A stretch of DNA of 64,000 bases from a phage, in sequence record PV467749.1. One strand, given 5' to 3'. The notes below the pieces were generated by a model. The model was not told where the DNA came from and ran no database searches. It saw nothing but the letters and a program-made list of their open reading frames with translations. The position numbers and the translations under genes were made by a program. The stretch's first letter is position 1, and every line of letters begins with the position of its first letter. Shown piece by piece: positions 30,752 through 40,776 of the stretch.

Positions 30752-31257
30752 TAATCCAACTCCACTACGTTATTTTTTTTCTTTGTATTTACTACAGTGG
30801 GTGAATCATTTTTTGTCACATCACCTCGTAATTTCTTTTCTAGTGCGATGATACGCTTTAATGTCTTAATTGACGGTCGTTTCTTTGTTAGCTCGGCTTT
30901 TGCTTCAGTATAATACTTTCGGATATATCCATATGCATAATACTTAGAACCAATAAAAATTTCAGCAACGGCTGGCTGGTTACTCATTTCGGCCCCATCA
31001 AGATCCACTGGTGATGCATAAAATACAATATTTGTATTACACGAAGAAATTTTAGCAACCAGTAAGTTAGCTTCAAGTTTATTCAAAATCAACGTAGTGG
31101 TTTCTTCTGCCTCGTCACTGTACTGCATTGCTGACATTAGAAGTTGAAATGACTTGAAGTAATTACTACCACTGATTACCGTATTGAAGATTAAGCCCAA
31201 TGTAATCAGTACTAGTGTACCAAGACATATAAACAAAAACCAATATTCAACACTCAT
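30751..31257 (-). CDS. membrane-anchored protein
   Basis: 168 aa, N-terminal TM helix. Confidence 0.5.
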   Translation of the reverse strand: MSVEYWFLFICLGTLVLITLGLIFNTVISGSNYFKSFQLLMSAMQYSDEAEETTTLILNKLEANLLVAKISSCNTNIVFYASPVDLDGAEMSNQPAVAEIFIGSKYYAYGYIRKYYTEAKAELTKKRPSIKTLKRIIALEKKLRGDVTKNDSPTVVNTKKKNNVVELD

Positions 31258-31322
31258 TAATATATCCTCAGTTTGTATTTTATTAAAAAAGCCCCATCAA
31301 CATTGATGAGGCGGGAAATCAA

Positions 31323-31532
31323 TTACTTACGGTTTGCTTTACGCAGTTCAGAAAGTTCTTCTTGTAGACTTTTCTTCCATGCAATTAGATGAGCAAAACG
31401 GATTGGCCTTGCACCAGTACCGTGGAATACTGCGAGAGCTTCTTCAGCTTGATGAATCTGGAACTGAATGTAGTTCACAGTGCGGTCGAAGTCGGTGATA
31501 TCTAGTACTTGTGCGTTAGTTTCTTTAGCCAT
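31323..31532 (-). CDS. hypothetical protein
   Basis: 69-aa ORF. Confidence 0.4.
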   Translation of the reverse strand: MAKETNAQVLDITDFDRTVNYIQFQIHQAEEALAVFHGTGARPIRFAHLIAWKKSLQEELSELRKANRK

Positions 31533-31649
31533 TTTTAATACCCTTTTATTTCTTTTTTATGAAAAACCCTCATCATTGAGGAATGGTTTGCATTTTTACA
31601 TCTGCCGATAATATACATTATATCATGCTTTTCAGCGTTGTCCCAAAAA

Positions 31650-32009
31650 TTAATTATTTTTTAGAACAAATTTCACAACTGGTAACTCTGTTTCGTTTGA
31701 TTCGGATTCATTATATCCGTTCTTCGTGAGAACGTCAATAACTTTTTTAGAATCGATTGTAAATTTATCAAGTTCAGTATAACGATAATAACCAATGGTC
31801 TGACTGAACTCATACTCACCTGGACGCTGACGGCAACATGTTTGTGTTTCTGACATAATTGCATTGATTAGATAATAAGATTCAGTACTATCATTGTTTG
31901 GTACATAAATCTTACCATCAAAATGAATCACTTCATGCTTATTCATACAGTGAGTTAATCTCCGATTGAAGAATTGAAATAATTTCCTTTTGAAGACCTG
32001 TAATTTCAC
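31650..32009 (-). CDS. hypothetical protein
   Basis: 119-aa ORF. Confidence 0.45.
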   Translation of the reverse strand: MKLQVFKRKLFQFFNRRLTHCMNKHEVIHFDGKIYVPNNDSTESYYLINAIMSETQTCCRQRPGEYEFSQTIGYYRYTELDKFTIDSKKVIDVLTKNGYNESESNETELPVVKFVLKNN

Positions 32010-32208
32010 TGTTCAGTGAGGATAAACGTTTGGTCAATGCCATAAACTGTTTAGCGTCTTCTTTGGAACGGTCGTTACGAACTTTATCGGAACTCCAGTT
32101 AGAATATGATTGCTCATCTTTTTTGTTAAGAATGTCCCAGTCCAAACGGACTAGTTTTCGTTCTTTCTTAAGTTCGCTTAGGCGAGATTTCATTTCTTCT
32201 TTAGTCAT
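31939..32208 (-). CDS. hypothetical coiled-coil protein
   Basis: 89-aa ORF, charged heptad-like sequence. Confidence 0.4.
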   Translation of the reverse strand: MTKEEMKSRLSELKKERKLVRLDWDILNKKDEQSYSNWSSDKVRNDRSKEDAKQFMALTKRLSSLNSEITGLQKEIISILQSEINSLYE

Positions 32209-32498
32209 TACAATGTTCCTTTCATAAAGTCAGGGATAACGATTACGATAGAAGGATTATACTCCACATATCCATTCTTTGTCAATAGACTTTTGATATC
32301 AGAAATAACATTATCATGTTGTTCCATATCTTTATCGCAGTGAATTTCCAATTCTTTTAGGAAAGGTTGTTTAACTGAAATTGATTGGGTCAGTGTTTGA
32401 ATACGCTGCATCATATCAATTGGATCAGGACTAAACTCATTACCAACATAAAGTGTACCAGATGCATCCTTTTCAAGTAAGACTTCTAAAATTTTCAT
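32208..32498 (-). CDS. hypothetical protein
   Basis: 96-aa ORF. Confidence 0.45.
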   Translation of the reverse strand: MKILEVLLEKDASGTLYVGNEFSPDPIDMMQRIQTLTQSISVKQPFLKELEIHCDKDMEQHDNVISDIKSLLTKNGYVEYNPSIVIVIPDFMKGTL

Positions 32499-33331
32499 TT
32501 TGTACCCTTTAATGTACCAAAATTACGTAGAGTAAATCCAGGAACTGGGAAATATACATCACAGTCAATGTCAGGATTAATTGTCACTACCTCATTACAC
32601 ATTATATCACGAATTCCACTTCCGTCTACGATTTTTTGCATTAAATCGTTCCATTCTTTTCGTTCAATAACATATGTGTTAATCAAACACAAGTCATGAC
32701 CACGTTTCGAAATATAACCAAGTACTACATCATTGTGGACAACACGTATAGTAACTTTTCCAATTCGAGTTCCTCGTACTGCATTAGTACTAGTATCGTC
32801 GTAAATCAGTTCTATCCTAAGTGAACCATTAGATATAAGAGTTGTGGTATATTTTGAAACCATATTCTCAATTTCTTGAGTTAAATCGTCTCGGTTAAGG
32901 TACTCAAACACCGAATATGTCAACTCATTTGCATCCAAATATTGGACTGTTGGAAGCTGGGCAACCATATCCAAAGATACAGGTTCTATGTATATTTTTT
33001 CAATATCAGATGTTTTGACGAATAGATACCCTTCTAGCGTCATTGAACTAACAATTTCCGCATAATAAGAGTACAGATAAAAAACATTCGTCTCATTCGA
33101 ATCAGTTTCTACCCAAACCTCTGGCTGTTTCATCTCATATTGTTGTAGAATTCGTTGTGTAAACCCAATGTAAAATCCAAGATTAACATCGGATTGAGTT
33201 TCAAATGGATTAAACATCAAATATGGATATTTGTCAAGATACTCATTGAACTTACGCTGGGTATCTCTATCACAATCAATGATGTACTTTCGGAATTCAG
33301 AAATAATTACTTTTTCCAATGACATAATCAA
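32495..33331 (-). CDS. hypothetical protein
   Basis: 278-aa ORF. Confidence 0.5.
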   Translation of the reverse strand: MIMSLEKVIISEFRKYIIDCDRDTQRKFNEYLDKYPYLMFNPFETQSDVNLGFYIGFTQRILQQYEMKQPEVWVETDSNETNVFYLYSYYAEIVSSMTLEGYLFVKTSDIEKIYIEPVSLDMVAQLPTVQYLDANELTYSVFEYLNRDDLTQEIENMVSKYTTTLISNGSLRIELIYDDTSTNAVRGTRIGKVTIRVVHNDVVLGYISKRGHDLCLINTYVIERKEWNDLMQKIVDGSGIRDIMCNEVVTINPDIDCDVYFPVPGFTLRNFGTLKGTK

Positions 33332-33525
33332 TCCTCACGATGCATATAGTACATAAACATCGCCAACCATATGCAGAATCCCACGCAACGAAGAAACAGA
33401 TCAACTGTTGGGTCTGTACCACCATTAACTTGGTAAACGATTACTGGGATTAAAGAAATAGCAATAGACACTGTACATAAGATGAATGCAACAAACACCT
33501 CAAACATAAACTTAATCGTTTCCAT
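33328..33525 (-). CDS. small membrane protein
   Basis: 65 aa, two hydrophobic helices. Confidence 0.4.
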   Translation of the reverse strand: METIKFMFEVFVAFILCTVSIAISLIPVIVYQVNGGTDPTVDLFLRCVGFCIWLAMFMYYMHRED

Positions 33526-34099
33526 TATTATCCTTCAATGTGTAGTGTAGTACATCTAAAAAGTTATACATTGATTCATTACGCATAACCTTGATTGTTA
33601 AATTACCACAACCCAACATACGTTTGAGGCGACGCTTCACAGCAGTTAAATCATGAGAACTATTTGTGTACAGACCATTAACCTGACCCGGAACAGTAGG
33701 AACATGAAGAATGTAATCATAATTCATTAGTAAGCGTTGATTATATTTCTTTAATGCTTGCTTGTATTCTGAAATATTTTCAAAGAATGTACAATAACGG
33801 TCGTAACGATTCATTTTATTCAAAATTGAAATACGAAAAGCGTTACCACTATTCCAATCATCTTCAGTTGGGTTTGGGTTGATATGTGCCATGTTAGCTG
33901 TACTATACCCACCACTTGTGAAAACTTCAGAATATCCATTCTCAAAAACATACAATGTTGCTTTGTGTCCTCGGAATTCTTTACGGTACTTTGACAGAAC
34001 TTGAATGTGATTACGCTTGGACTTGTACATTTCGTAACCTTCATAATCGCCACTGAATTCACAAATTTTATCAACACCAGCCATTTCGTATATCCTCAT
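33512..34099 (-). CDS. hypothetical protein
   Basis: 195-aa ORF. Confidence 0.5.
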   Translation of the reverse strand: MRIYEMAGVDKICEFSGDYEGYEMYKSKRNHIQVLSKYRKEFRGHKATLYVFENGYSEVFTSGGYSTANMAHINPNPTEDDWNSGNAFRISILNKMNRYDRYCTFFENISEYKQALKKYNQRLLMNYDYILHVPTVPGQVNGLYTNSSHDLTAVKRRLKRMLGCGNLTIKVMRNESMYNFLDVLHYTLKDNNGND

Positions 34100-34617
34100 T
34101 TGATTAATATAGGAGTATTATACATACTCCATTTTCATGTGTCAAGCTTTATAATACGGAAGACTTTTCACTAAAGATTCTGACGTATTATTTTTTACCC
34201 ATGTACTACCGTTGTCATTGGATACATATCCAGTACCATTAACAAACTTACGCATAATACCAGTAAAAATATTAGTATACACCATTACTCAGTATCCTTT
34301 GGTTTAGAATGTAAACCATACTTTTCATCATAACGATCATAGGTAGTGCCATTAGTACTAGCTTTGATGCTTTCGGTGCGATTGATTGGTTCGATTTTGA
34401 CACCACGATAACCAATCTCTTCTTTAAATTGTTCCCATGATTCACGTAGACTCATTTTAGTCCCCTTTTTGTTATTTCATACACTCACGTAGGTCAATCT
34501 TTTCAACTGAACCACCGAGTACTAGATAGTGAAAATTAGAATCTTTGTTTGCCATATTCAAAAGATCTGCTTTCTGTTGAAGCGTAAAGCGTGAAGTACT
34601 GTTACGTACTGGCATAG

Positions 34618-35061
34618 TTACTCCTTAAAGTAGATATCACGAATTTGCTTAATCATCTCTAACTCTTGAAGTCCTATCATACCAAAGTTTTCTTGAACTG
34701 TCAACTGTTGGAAGTACATTTCCTCTAAATTATTATAAGGAATATCCACTAATGATAAAGGTACTCGTTCTTCACTGAATGCCAGATCTTCAACTAAATG
34801 TTTTATAATCATAACAGTAAATGAATCTTTTTGTATATGAAATTTGTAAAACGTTTGGTTAGTAGTGAACATTGTGTTTGATGGATGGAAACCCATTTCG
34901 ACAAATACTGTATCTTTATCATTATGTGTGCAATATGTACATCTTGAATTCGCAAGAACTTTAGATTTTGGGTAATAAAAATCACCCAGCAACTTCTGTC
35001 GTTTCCAGTCCTCATATACAACTGGATGCTTAACCTTCTTCAATCGGTGCAGTACTGTCAT
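34618..35061 (-). CDS. FQxS-motif paralog family protein
   Basis: C-terminal LEEMYFQQLTVQE. Confidence 0.5.
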   Translation of the reverse strand: MTVLHRLKKVKHPVVYEDWKRQKLLGDFYYPKSKVLANSRCTYCTHNDKDTVFVEMGFHPSNTMFTTNQTFYKFHIQKDSFTVMIIKHLVEDLAFSEERVPLSLVDIPYNNLEEMYFQQLTVQENFGMIGLQELEMIKQIRDIYFKE

Positions 35062-35441
35062 AGTTTTTTCCAGTCCAATGAATCGAAATCGATTTGTTCA
35101 GGGTTATCAACAGCGACAACTCGTGCATTATGAAGAGTTTCAAAGTAGCCGTTCCACGGTGTTCGTAATGGAACTGTCACATCACCAACTTTAACCAAGA
35201 ATGAATATGCTGGTGATATTGGGTCAAACCACTCTTTTTGTTTAGCATTTTCGACGATGGTTTCGTGTTCTTTTGTATAGCAATTATCTTGCTTCATATA
35301 AAACACCCAATGCTCTTTTAGGCACTGTAAAGCAGCAACTGCTTCCTCTTTAGAAGACCATTGAATATCAATTGTATTAAGAACGTCATAACAATTTTCA
35401 GTATCACCTGTAGTGTAATGTACTTCAATGCAGTATTTCAT
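35058..35441 (-). CDS. hypothetical protein
   Basis: 127-aa ORF. Confidence 0.5.
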   Translation of the reverse strand: MKYCIEVHYTTGDTENCYDVLNTIDIQWSSKEEAVAALQCLKEHWVFYMKQDNCYTKEHETIVENAKQKEWFDPISPAYSFLVKVGDVTVPLRTPWNGYFETLHNARVVAVDNPEQIDFDSLDWKKL

Positions 35442-35896
35442 TATTCATCACCTTTTAGTAATTTACAAATTTCAATCATATGATAATAACATGTATTCCA
35501 AAATTGCCCATTAGTACTACCAACATCATGCACAGTACTTTGTTGGAAAACATATTCATCATTGAACAACTTTTTAATGTCATCAATGTAAAATTCTGGT
35601 TTTGAATCATTATTGTATTCAATACTCGTTTCACCATCTGGATCAAGTGAAATTGATGATATGTCGTGAATTCCTATCGGATTTGTTGGACAAATTCTCA
35701 ACGTAAGAGGATAGAAGTCTGGATCGGTTTCATATGTATATCCGATTATGTAATTACCATCTCCAGTGATTGAGTTATATTTAAATTTAGGTTCAAATAC
35801 ATTATGGACATTATAACCTAGTTTATTCATCTCGTTAAGATGTAATAATATTTTATGTAAAGTCCCTAAGACATGAATCAAATTATCAATTTTCAT
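35441..35896 (-). CDS. FQxS-motif paralog family protein
   Basis: C-terminal NDEYVFQQSTVHD. Confidence 0.5.
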   Translation of the reverse strand: MKIDNLIHVLGTLHKILLHLNEMNKLGYNVHNVFEPKFKYNSITGDGNYIIGYTYETDPDFYPLTLRICPTNPIGIHDISSISLDPDGETSIEYNNDSKPEFYIDDIKKLFNDEYVFQQSTVHDVGSTNGQFWNTCYYHMIEICKLLKGDE

Positions 35897-36435
35897 TTAC
35901 GATCCTTTGAAAAGTTCAGTTTAAAAGATTTACCAAATTCCATTGTAGCTTTACCCAGATTGTTAATATTTTCTTTCAACATTTCTTGCATTTTTCTCAC
36001 ACTTTCATTCCAGGCTTCCTCTTCTTTACGGAGGATTGGTCGCAATCGTTCCTGAATATCGTTAAAACGTGTATTGAGTTCAACCAATGATTCATATGTG
36101 AAATCTTTCATGTCGATGATAGTACTTCGTTGAAAGAATTCTTCTTCGGATAAATTACTCAAAATGATTTTATCACTACCAATAGATAATGTCAATTCAT
36201 CATCTTGATTTTTTTTAATTACAATACGTACAGGTGATTTTATAGTAATGTGAACATCATGATTATTAAAAGTTTCAGTTTTGTTTGACGTTCTGAATTG
36301 TAGTCTTCCGGTTAGTGCGTGTACTGGCATTGGGTTCTTTTTACCAGTAATAACATCTTCCCACGAATCAAGGATATTATTAATAATTTTAACATAAGGA
36401 ACTGTCATATATGCACCTATGAAAAATCCACGCAT
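35893..36435 (-). CDS. FQxS-motif paralog family protein
   Basis: C-terminal SEEEFFQRSTIID. Confidence 0.5.
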   Translation of the reverse strand: MRGFFIGAYMTVPYVKIINNILDSWEDVITGKKNPMPVHALTGRLQFRTSNKTETFNNHDVHITIKSPVRIVIKKNQDDELTLSIGSDKIILSNLSEEEFFQRSTIIDMKDFTYESLVELNTRFNDIQERLRPILRKEEEAWNESVRKMQEMLKENINNLGKATMEFGKSFKLNFSKDRK

Positions 36436-36450
36436 AGCGTGGATCTGTAA

Positions 36451-36981
36451 TTAATCGAGTATAGTAACTTCAATCAAACGAATTTCGATGAATTCGTTTT
36501 CAGTTTCCCATGATGAACCTAATTTCTTATTAAGTTCAGTTTTAACATCACTTTTAAATTTTCCCATAGTATTAGGAATAATTTGTTTGGTTAGTTTGTC
36601 ATAACCACAATAAAACATAGGTTTCTCCCTTCGAGATATTAGCTCAACAAAATCCTTTGGATATGCAGGTATATTATGCATCACTTCATGAATGCACTCA
36701 GTACTTGAATCTTGTACTTTGTACATTACATTAAGTTTACCTTTGAAAGTTCTAATCATATCAACAATAATACCTTTACCAGATTTAAGTAAAGTTCCAT
36801 TCTTTGTATGAGAACAATAGAATACCTCATCACCAATATTAGGATAGTACAAATTAAATTCTAATTCTTCCTTTGATGACTGACGTTGAAATTTCATTAC
36901 ACGTTCAGTATAGGTGGGGTAGTTCTTCATGTTCAAAAGAATATCTCTCTTAGTAAGTGTGATATAACTGGCATAGTCCAT
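36451..36981 (-). CDS. hypothetical protein
   Basis: 176-aa ORF directly downstream of methyltransferase; no Vsr-type motifs seen. Confidence 0.5.
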   Translation of the reverse strand: MDYASYITLTKRDILLNMKNYPTYTERVMKFQRQSSKEELEFNLYYPNIGDEVFYCSHTKNGTLLKSGKGIIVDMIRTFKGKLNVMYKVQDSSTECIHEVMHNIPAYPKDFVELISRREKPMFYCGYDKLTKQIIPNTMGKFKSDVKTELNKKLGSSWETENEFIEIRLIEVTILD

Positions 36982-38822
36982 CCATTCCCAAGCATTTTGT
37001 ATGCTTGTGTCTTACTAGACACTTTAAAGAAATCTACAGGAATACCCTGTAATTTACAACATTCTACTACACTTAAGTGTCTATAGTCAATATTTCTTTT
37101 ACCATTCTCCAATAGATATTGACGATTAATCGTTGGGTCACGAAACACCAACTGTCGTCTTGATTTATTAAAGTACTGGTTACAATCACCACCCTTAAAA
37201 TAGTTAGCATCTATACAGTACGAAGCGGTTCTGTCAGTGTACCAACCATCTTCAATGATATCTTGAAGTTTAGGGGCATTTGATAATGCAGGTGGTATAA
37301 AAAGCTTATCAGTACTGCACCAGTAGTATCTCTGCCTGAAGTGAGGCGTATAATGCTGGGAATTTATCAGTACTGGTGTCATCTCAAGAACACTATTAAT
37401 GTATTGCTTGAAATCTTCTTTCATCTTAACATTCTCAAAGAGAACTTTCAAGTTAGGATTTAAACTTTTTATGTGTTGGTAGATATCAACCATCGTGTGA
37501 AACAACATTCCACGTGGGTCATTTATACCACCCTGTTTACCAGCAACTGACCATGCTTGACAATTGTGAACAACTATATTATTTGCAGTGTACGTGTTAT
37601 CAACAGCAACTTCAAAATTATATACAGTTTTCCATTCTCCAGTATGAGTGCTAGTTTTTACACCTTTAACCCACGAATAATTTTTGTCATAAAAAGCTTC
37701 CTCTTTTTTCGGTTGGTCTTTTTTATATGACAAAACATAATAAGGTTTTTGGTTAACAACTCGATTTTCAATAACTTTGGTATTCTCTGGTTGAGTATAG
37801 CTTATATTGGAATGCCTTCCATATACGTTCATTATCAATTGTTGAATACCCAATACACAGTTTATTGATGTTGTAGTGAATTTATAACATCCACTATCAA
37901 TATGTCCATCAGCGTCAAAGTAACCATCAAGAAATGCTTTTTGGTTTTTTATGCATTCCGTGAATAGTTCTGGGTGTACTTGTTTGTTAGAAGCACCCTT
38001 TCCCATTTGTTCACAAAATTCAACCAGATCTTTTGAACATATATAAAATTTATATGAAGTTCTTTCTTTAACATAATTATATTTCATATTCATACCATCA
38101 AAACATGAAACTAATTCATTAAATTCGTCATGTGCACAACAGATGAAAACTCTATATTGGTAACTATTGGTTCTATTGTTACGTTTTACTTTATATGTCC
38201 ATCCATCACCCATAAAGCGACCCATAAAATACCAGAATTTTTCATCTTTCGTTGATTTGTTAGATTCAACTGATTTAACATTACACAGAAAATGGTCATA
38301 TGTCAAATCATGTGCCTCTACCCATTCTGGTTCAGAAAAATGACGTTCATATTGTCTAATGTTGTTATTCCACATAGACGTCATTTTTCTTGAATAAAAG
38401 GGATGATTATCGGTACATTCAATTGGAAGGTGACCTTGACCTGTAATAATACGAGTGGGAGCATTTTTAACACCAGTACTCAAAACTGGATGATATTTAC
38501 CAGTATGTGTCAGTACCATGTCACCAACTTGAATGTCTTTTATATCTTTATGACCTTTGTCTGTCATAATCATGGTTCCTGCTGGGAAGCATGGAAATCC
38601 ACCCATTAATAAATCTATTTTATCCCACTCAATATCCCATTCTCTCCATTTAGTTACATCACCCAATTGGGTGATATCAGGAAAGTTAGCTTGAGATTCA
38701 GCTATTGCGTACTTGTCAATTTCGGATGAATAATATTTTTCAACAGGGATACCAGCATCTTTTAATGCCATGTATCCAACACTCATCCCATTAAAAAGAG
38801 ATAGTACTCTGATAGGTTTCAT
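36933..38822 (-). CDS. DNA (cytosine-5)-methyltransferase, intein-containing
   Basis: Motif I LFNGMSVG; motif IV split as GGFP / CQAWSVAGK by a 343-aa insertion; motif VI LFENV downstream. Confidence 0.75.
   Translation of the reverse strand: MKPIRVLSLFNGMSVGYMALKDAGIPVEKYYSSEIDKYAIAESQANFPDITQLGDVTKWREWDIEWDKIDLLMGGFPCFPAGTMIMTDKGHKDIKDIQVGDMVLTHTGKYHPVLSTGVKNAPTRIITGQGHLPIECTDNHPFYSRKMTSMWNNNIRQYERHFSEPEWVEAHDLTYDHFLCNVKSVESNKSTKDEKFWYFMGRFMGDGWTYKVKRNNRTNSYQYRVFICCAHDEFNELVSCFDGMNMKYNYVKERTSYKFYICSKDLVEFCEQMGKGASNKQVHPELFTECIKNQKAFLDGYFDADGHIDSGCYKFTTTSINCVLGIQQLIMNVYGRHSNISYTQPENTKVIENRVVNQKPYYVLSYKKDQPKKEEAFYDKNYSWVKGVKTSTHTGEWKTVYNFEVAVDNTYTANNIVVHNCQAWSVAGKQGGINDPRGMLFHTMVDIYQHIKSLNPNLKVLFENVKMKEDFKQYINSVLEMTPVLINSQHYTPHFRQRYYWCSTDKLFIPPALSNAPKLQDIIEDGWYTDRTASYCIDANYFKGGDCNQYFNKSRRQLVFRDPTINRQYLLENGKRNIDYRHLSVVECCKLQGIPVDFFKVSSKTQAYKMLGNGWTMPVISHLLREIFF
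37563..38591 (-). mobile_element. intein with LAGLIDADG homing-endonuclease domain
   Basis: Starts CFPAGTMIMTDKG (block A), TDNHPF (block B), two LAGLIDADG-like motifs (FMGRFMGDGW, LDGYFDADGH), ends VVHN followed by Cys. Confidence 0.7.
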
Positions 38823-38874
38823 ATAAAATCCTTTTTATATTGTTAAGGTACTATAATACATTATAGCATCTTAT

Positions 38875-39165
38875 TTAGAAATCTTCCAGACTTTTTTCAT
38901 CGCACCATCGAGAAGTACAGATGATCGCAGATGCAAGAATTGAAGCACTGGCTCGACCACCACCAAGTAAGTACTGGCTAATGACACCAATCATATTGAA
39001 GACTTTATCATACTCAGCAAGGAGTTCAAAATCCTTCTTCCAACATTGATATTCTTCTTCAGTAACATTAAACTCATCACCAAGTTCATTTAAAATCTTT
39101 TTAAGTACTGCACGATGTTCACTCATCTGATTCCCCATATCGTTCGTCGTAAAAATCATCATCAC
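38875..39165 (-). CDS. hypothetical protein
   Basis: 96-aa ORF. Confidence 0.4.
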   Translation of the reverse strand: MMMIFTTNDMGNQMSEHRAVLKKILNELGDEFNVTEEEYQCWKKDFELLAEYDKVFNMIGVISQYLLGGGRASASILASAIICTSRWCDEKSLEDF

Positions 39166-39204
39166 GGTCCAATGGTTCTTTTGGTTTTTCTGCCATATAT
39201 TTCC

Positions 39205-39465
39205 TCACATGGTAAATGTATTATCACCATCCATATCTTCATCTGTAGCTTCAGCTAAGGTCTTAATCGTTAGCAATTCACGCTTCACGTACAACATGAA
39301 GACCTTTTCATAATTACCGAACATCATCTCAGGTGACATGTAATTCTCCGTTACAATGACGATTGGACGGCCCTGTGACAGCATACGAAACATAGTACGG
39401 TATTTGTCAAAGGTGCGAAATTCATCCATGTTCATCATGTGGCGTTTACGAACTACTTTAGTCAT
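39205..39465 (-). CDS. hypothetical protein
   Basis: 86-aa ORF. Confidence 0.4.
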   Translation of the reverse strand: MTKVVRKRHMMNMDEFRTFDKYRTMFRMLSQGRPIVIVTENYMSPEMMFGNYEKVFMLYVKRELLTIKTLAEATDEDMDGDNTFTM

Positions 39466-39479
39466 TTTGATACCTTTAG

Positions 39480-39935
39480 TTAATTGAACTCGATTTCTGG
39501 ATAATGATTATAGAACATCTCACGTACTGCGTCAAGCTGTTCTTTAAATTTCTCAATGTCATCAAGAGTTAGTACAGTGTTACTAACTGTACTCAACTGA
39601 AAAAGTGCCTCTTCAGTACTGTTTTCTGATAAATCAAATGTACATGATGAATCATCTGTTATAATATTATCACATATTTCAAATGTGTCAATATGAACAT
39701 CATTGAGTAGATCACCACTATAATCATTATATATGAACACAAAAATGTATGATGGTTTTTTTATCTCAGTTTCTGACTCATAGGCTACTAAATCATATGT
39801 TACGTAACATTTAAAGTCAGGTGAATCGTATTCCATAGATACAATTCCTATATCACGATATTGATTCGCTTCACTGATTAAATCCGGTATAGGTGTAATA
39901 CTAAGTAAATGGAAAAACTGTCCTGGATTTAGCAT
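39480..39935 (-). CDS. FQxS-motif paralog family protein
   Basis: C-terminal STEEALFQLSTVSN. Confidence 0.55.
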   Translation of the reverse strand: MLNPGQFFHLLSITPIPDLISEANQYRDIGIVSMEYDSPDFKCYVTYDLVAYESETEIKKPSYIFVFIYNDYSGDLLNDVHIDTFEICDNIITDDSSCTFDLSENSTEEALFQLSTVSNTVLTLDDIEKFKEQLDAVREMFYNHYPEIEFN

Positions 39936-40384
39936 TTGATTACCTTCGGGTTTTGCTCTGTGATATCAAACATAGATAGAACGAAATCATTTAGCTTTTC
40001 AACACAATTGATTATAGTGCTTAAATCAGAATAACTAACTGTTAAATTTTTAACAAGAGATTCCTGAAAGTATCCTTCTTCAGTTGAGCAATAACTCACA
40101 TTTGAGATAGTCTCATAATGTATATCTTTGCTTGTTTTACATGTTATAATTTCTATTATATCCGATGTTGTGTTATATAATAATATAAATGTTGTTGTTC
40201 GTGAATTCTTATTGTAAAATGCGAGTTCAGTGCTGTCATATGTTTTCTCAATAAGAACATTGTACTCTTCCGAAAACGATGTGGAAATTCTAATTATCTC
40301 TTCTGGATCAGGAACATAAGAGCCATCAAATTTACAAGACAATGCAATTTCAAAATGATTTTTTATTTCATCAATTTTCATCAT
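39929..40384 (-). CDS. FQxS-motif paralog family protein
   Basis: C-terminal STEEGYFQESLVKN. Confidence 0.55.
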   Translation of the reverse strand: MMKIDEIKNHFEIALSCKFDGSYVPDPEEIIRISTSFSEEYNVLIEKTYDSTELAFYNKNSRTTTFILLYNTTSDIIEIITCKTSKDIHYETISNVSYCSTEEGYFQESLVKNLTVSYSDLSTIINCVEKLNDFVLSMFDITEQNPKVIKC

Positions 40385-40776
40385 AGCTCACCATTTAATT
40401 TGCTATTTACATATTCTAATGCTTTTTTAACAATGCCAATTTCGGTAACTCCTATTACATTTTTCTCGATTAACGACAATTGAAATAGTTCATCTTCCTC
40501 AATATCAATACTATGGGTTCTTGACCAATAAACGTTGAAGTCATATGCATATCGTATTGTATTTTCTTTAATATCAAGTACCAATATAACCATACCATTG
40601 TGTAGGTATGTCAGTGTTTTTCCGTATATATTAAAAATTAACCTATCTGGTGTACCCAATGGAAGATGAATTATATTTTGTGTAGTTCCAACAATAACAA
40701 AATCATTATCTATATTTTTATTCAAGTCACCTAGAATGTCATATATAGTAGTCATGTTAATCTTGACCCTCAGCAT
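40381..40776 (-). CDS. FQxS-motif paralog family protein
   Basis: C-terminal EEDELFQLSLIEK. Confidence 0.55.
   Translation of the reverse strand: MLRVKINMTTIYDILGDLNKNIDNDFVIVGTTQNIIHLPLGTPDRLIFNIYGKTLTYLHNGMVILVLDIKENTIRYAYDFNVYWSRTHSIDIEEDELFQLSLIEKNVIGVTEIGIVKKALEYVNSKLNGEL

Noticed and set aside
36451-36981. Vsr-type mismatch endonuclease downstream of the methyltransferase
   Set aside because: No Vsr signature motifs (such as the conserved FxHGCFWH region) are present.
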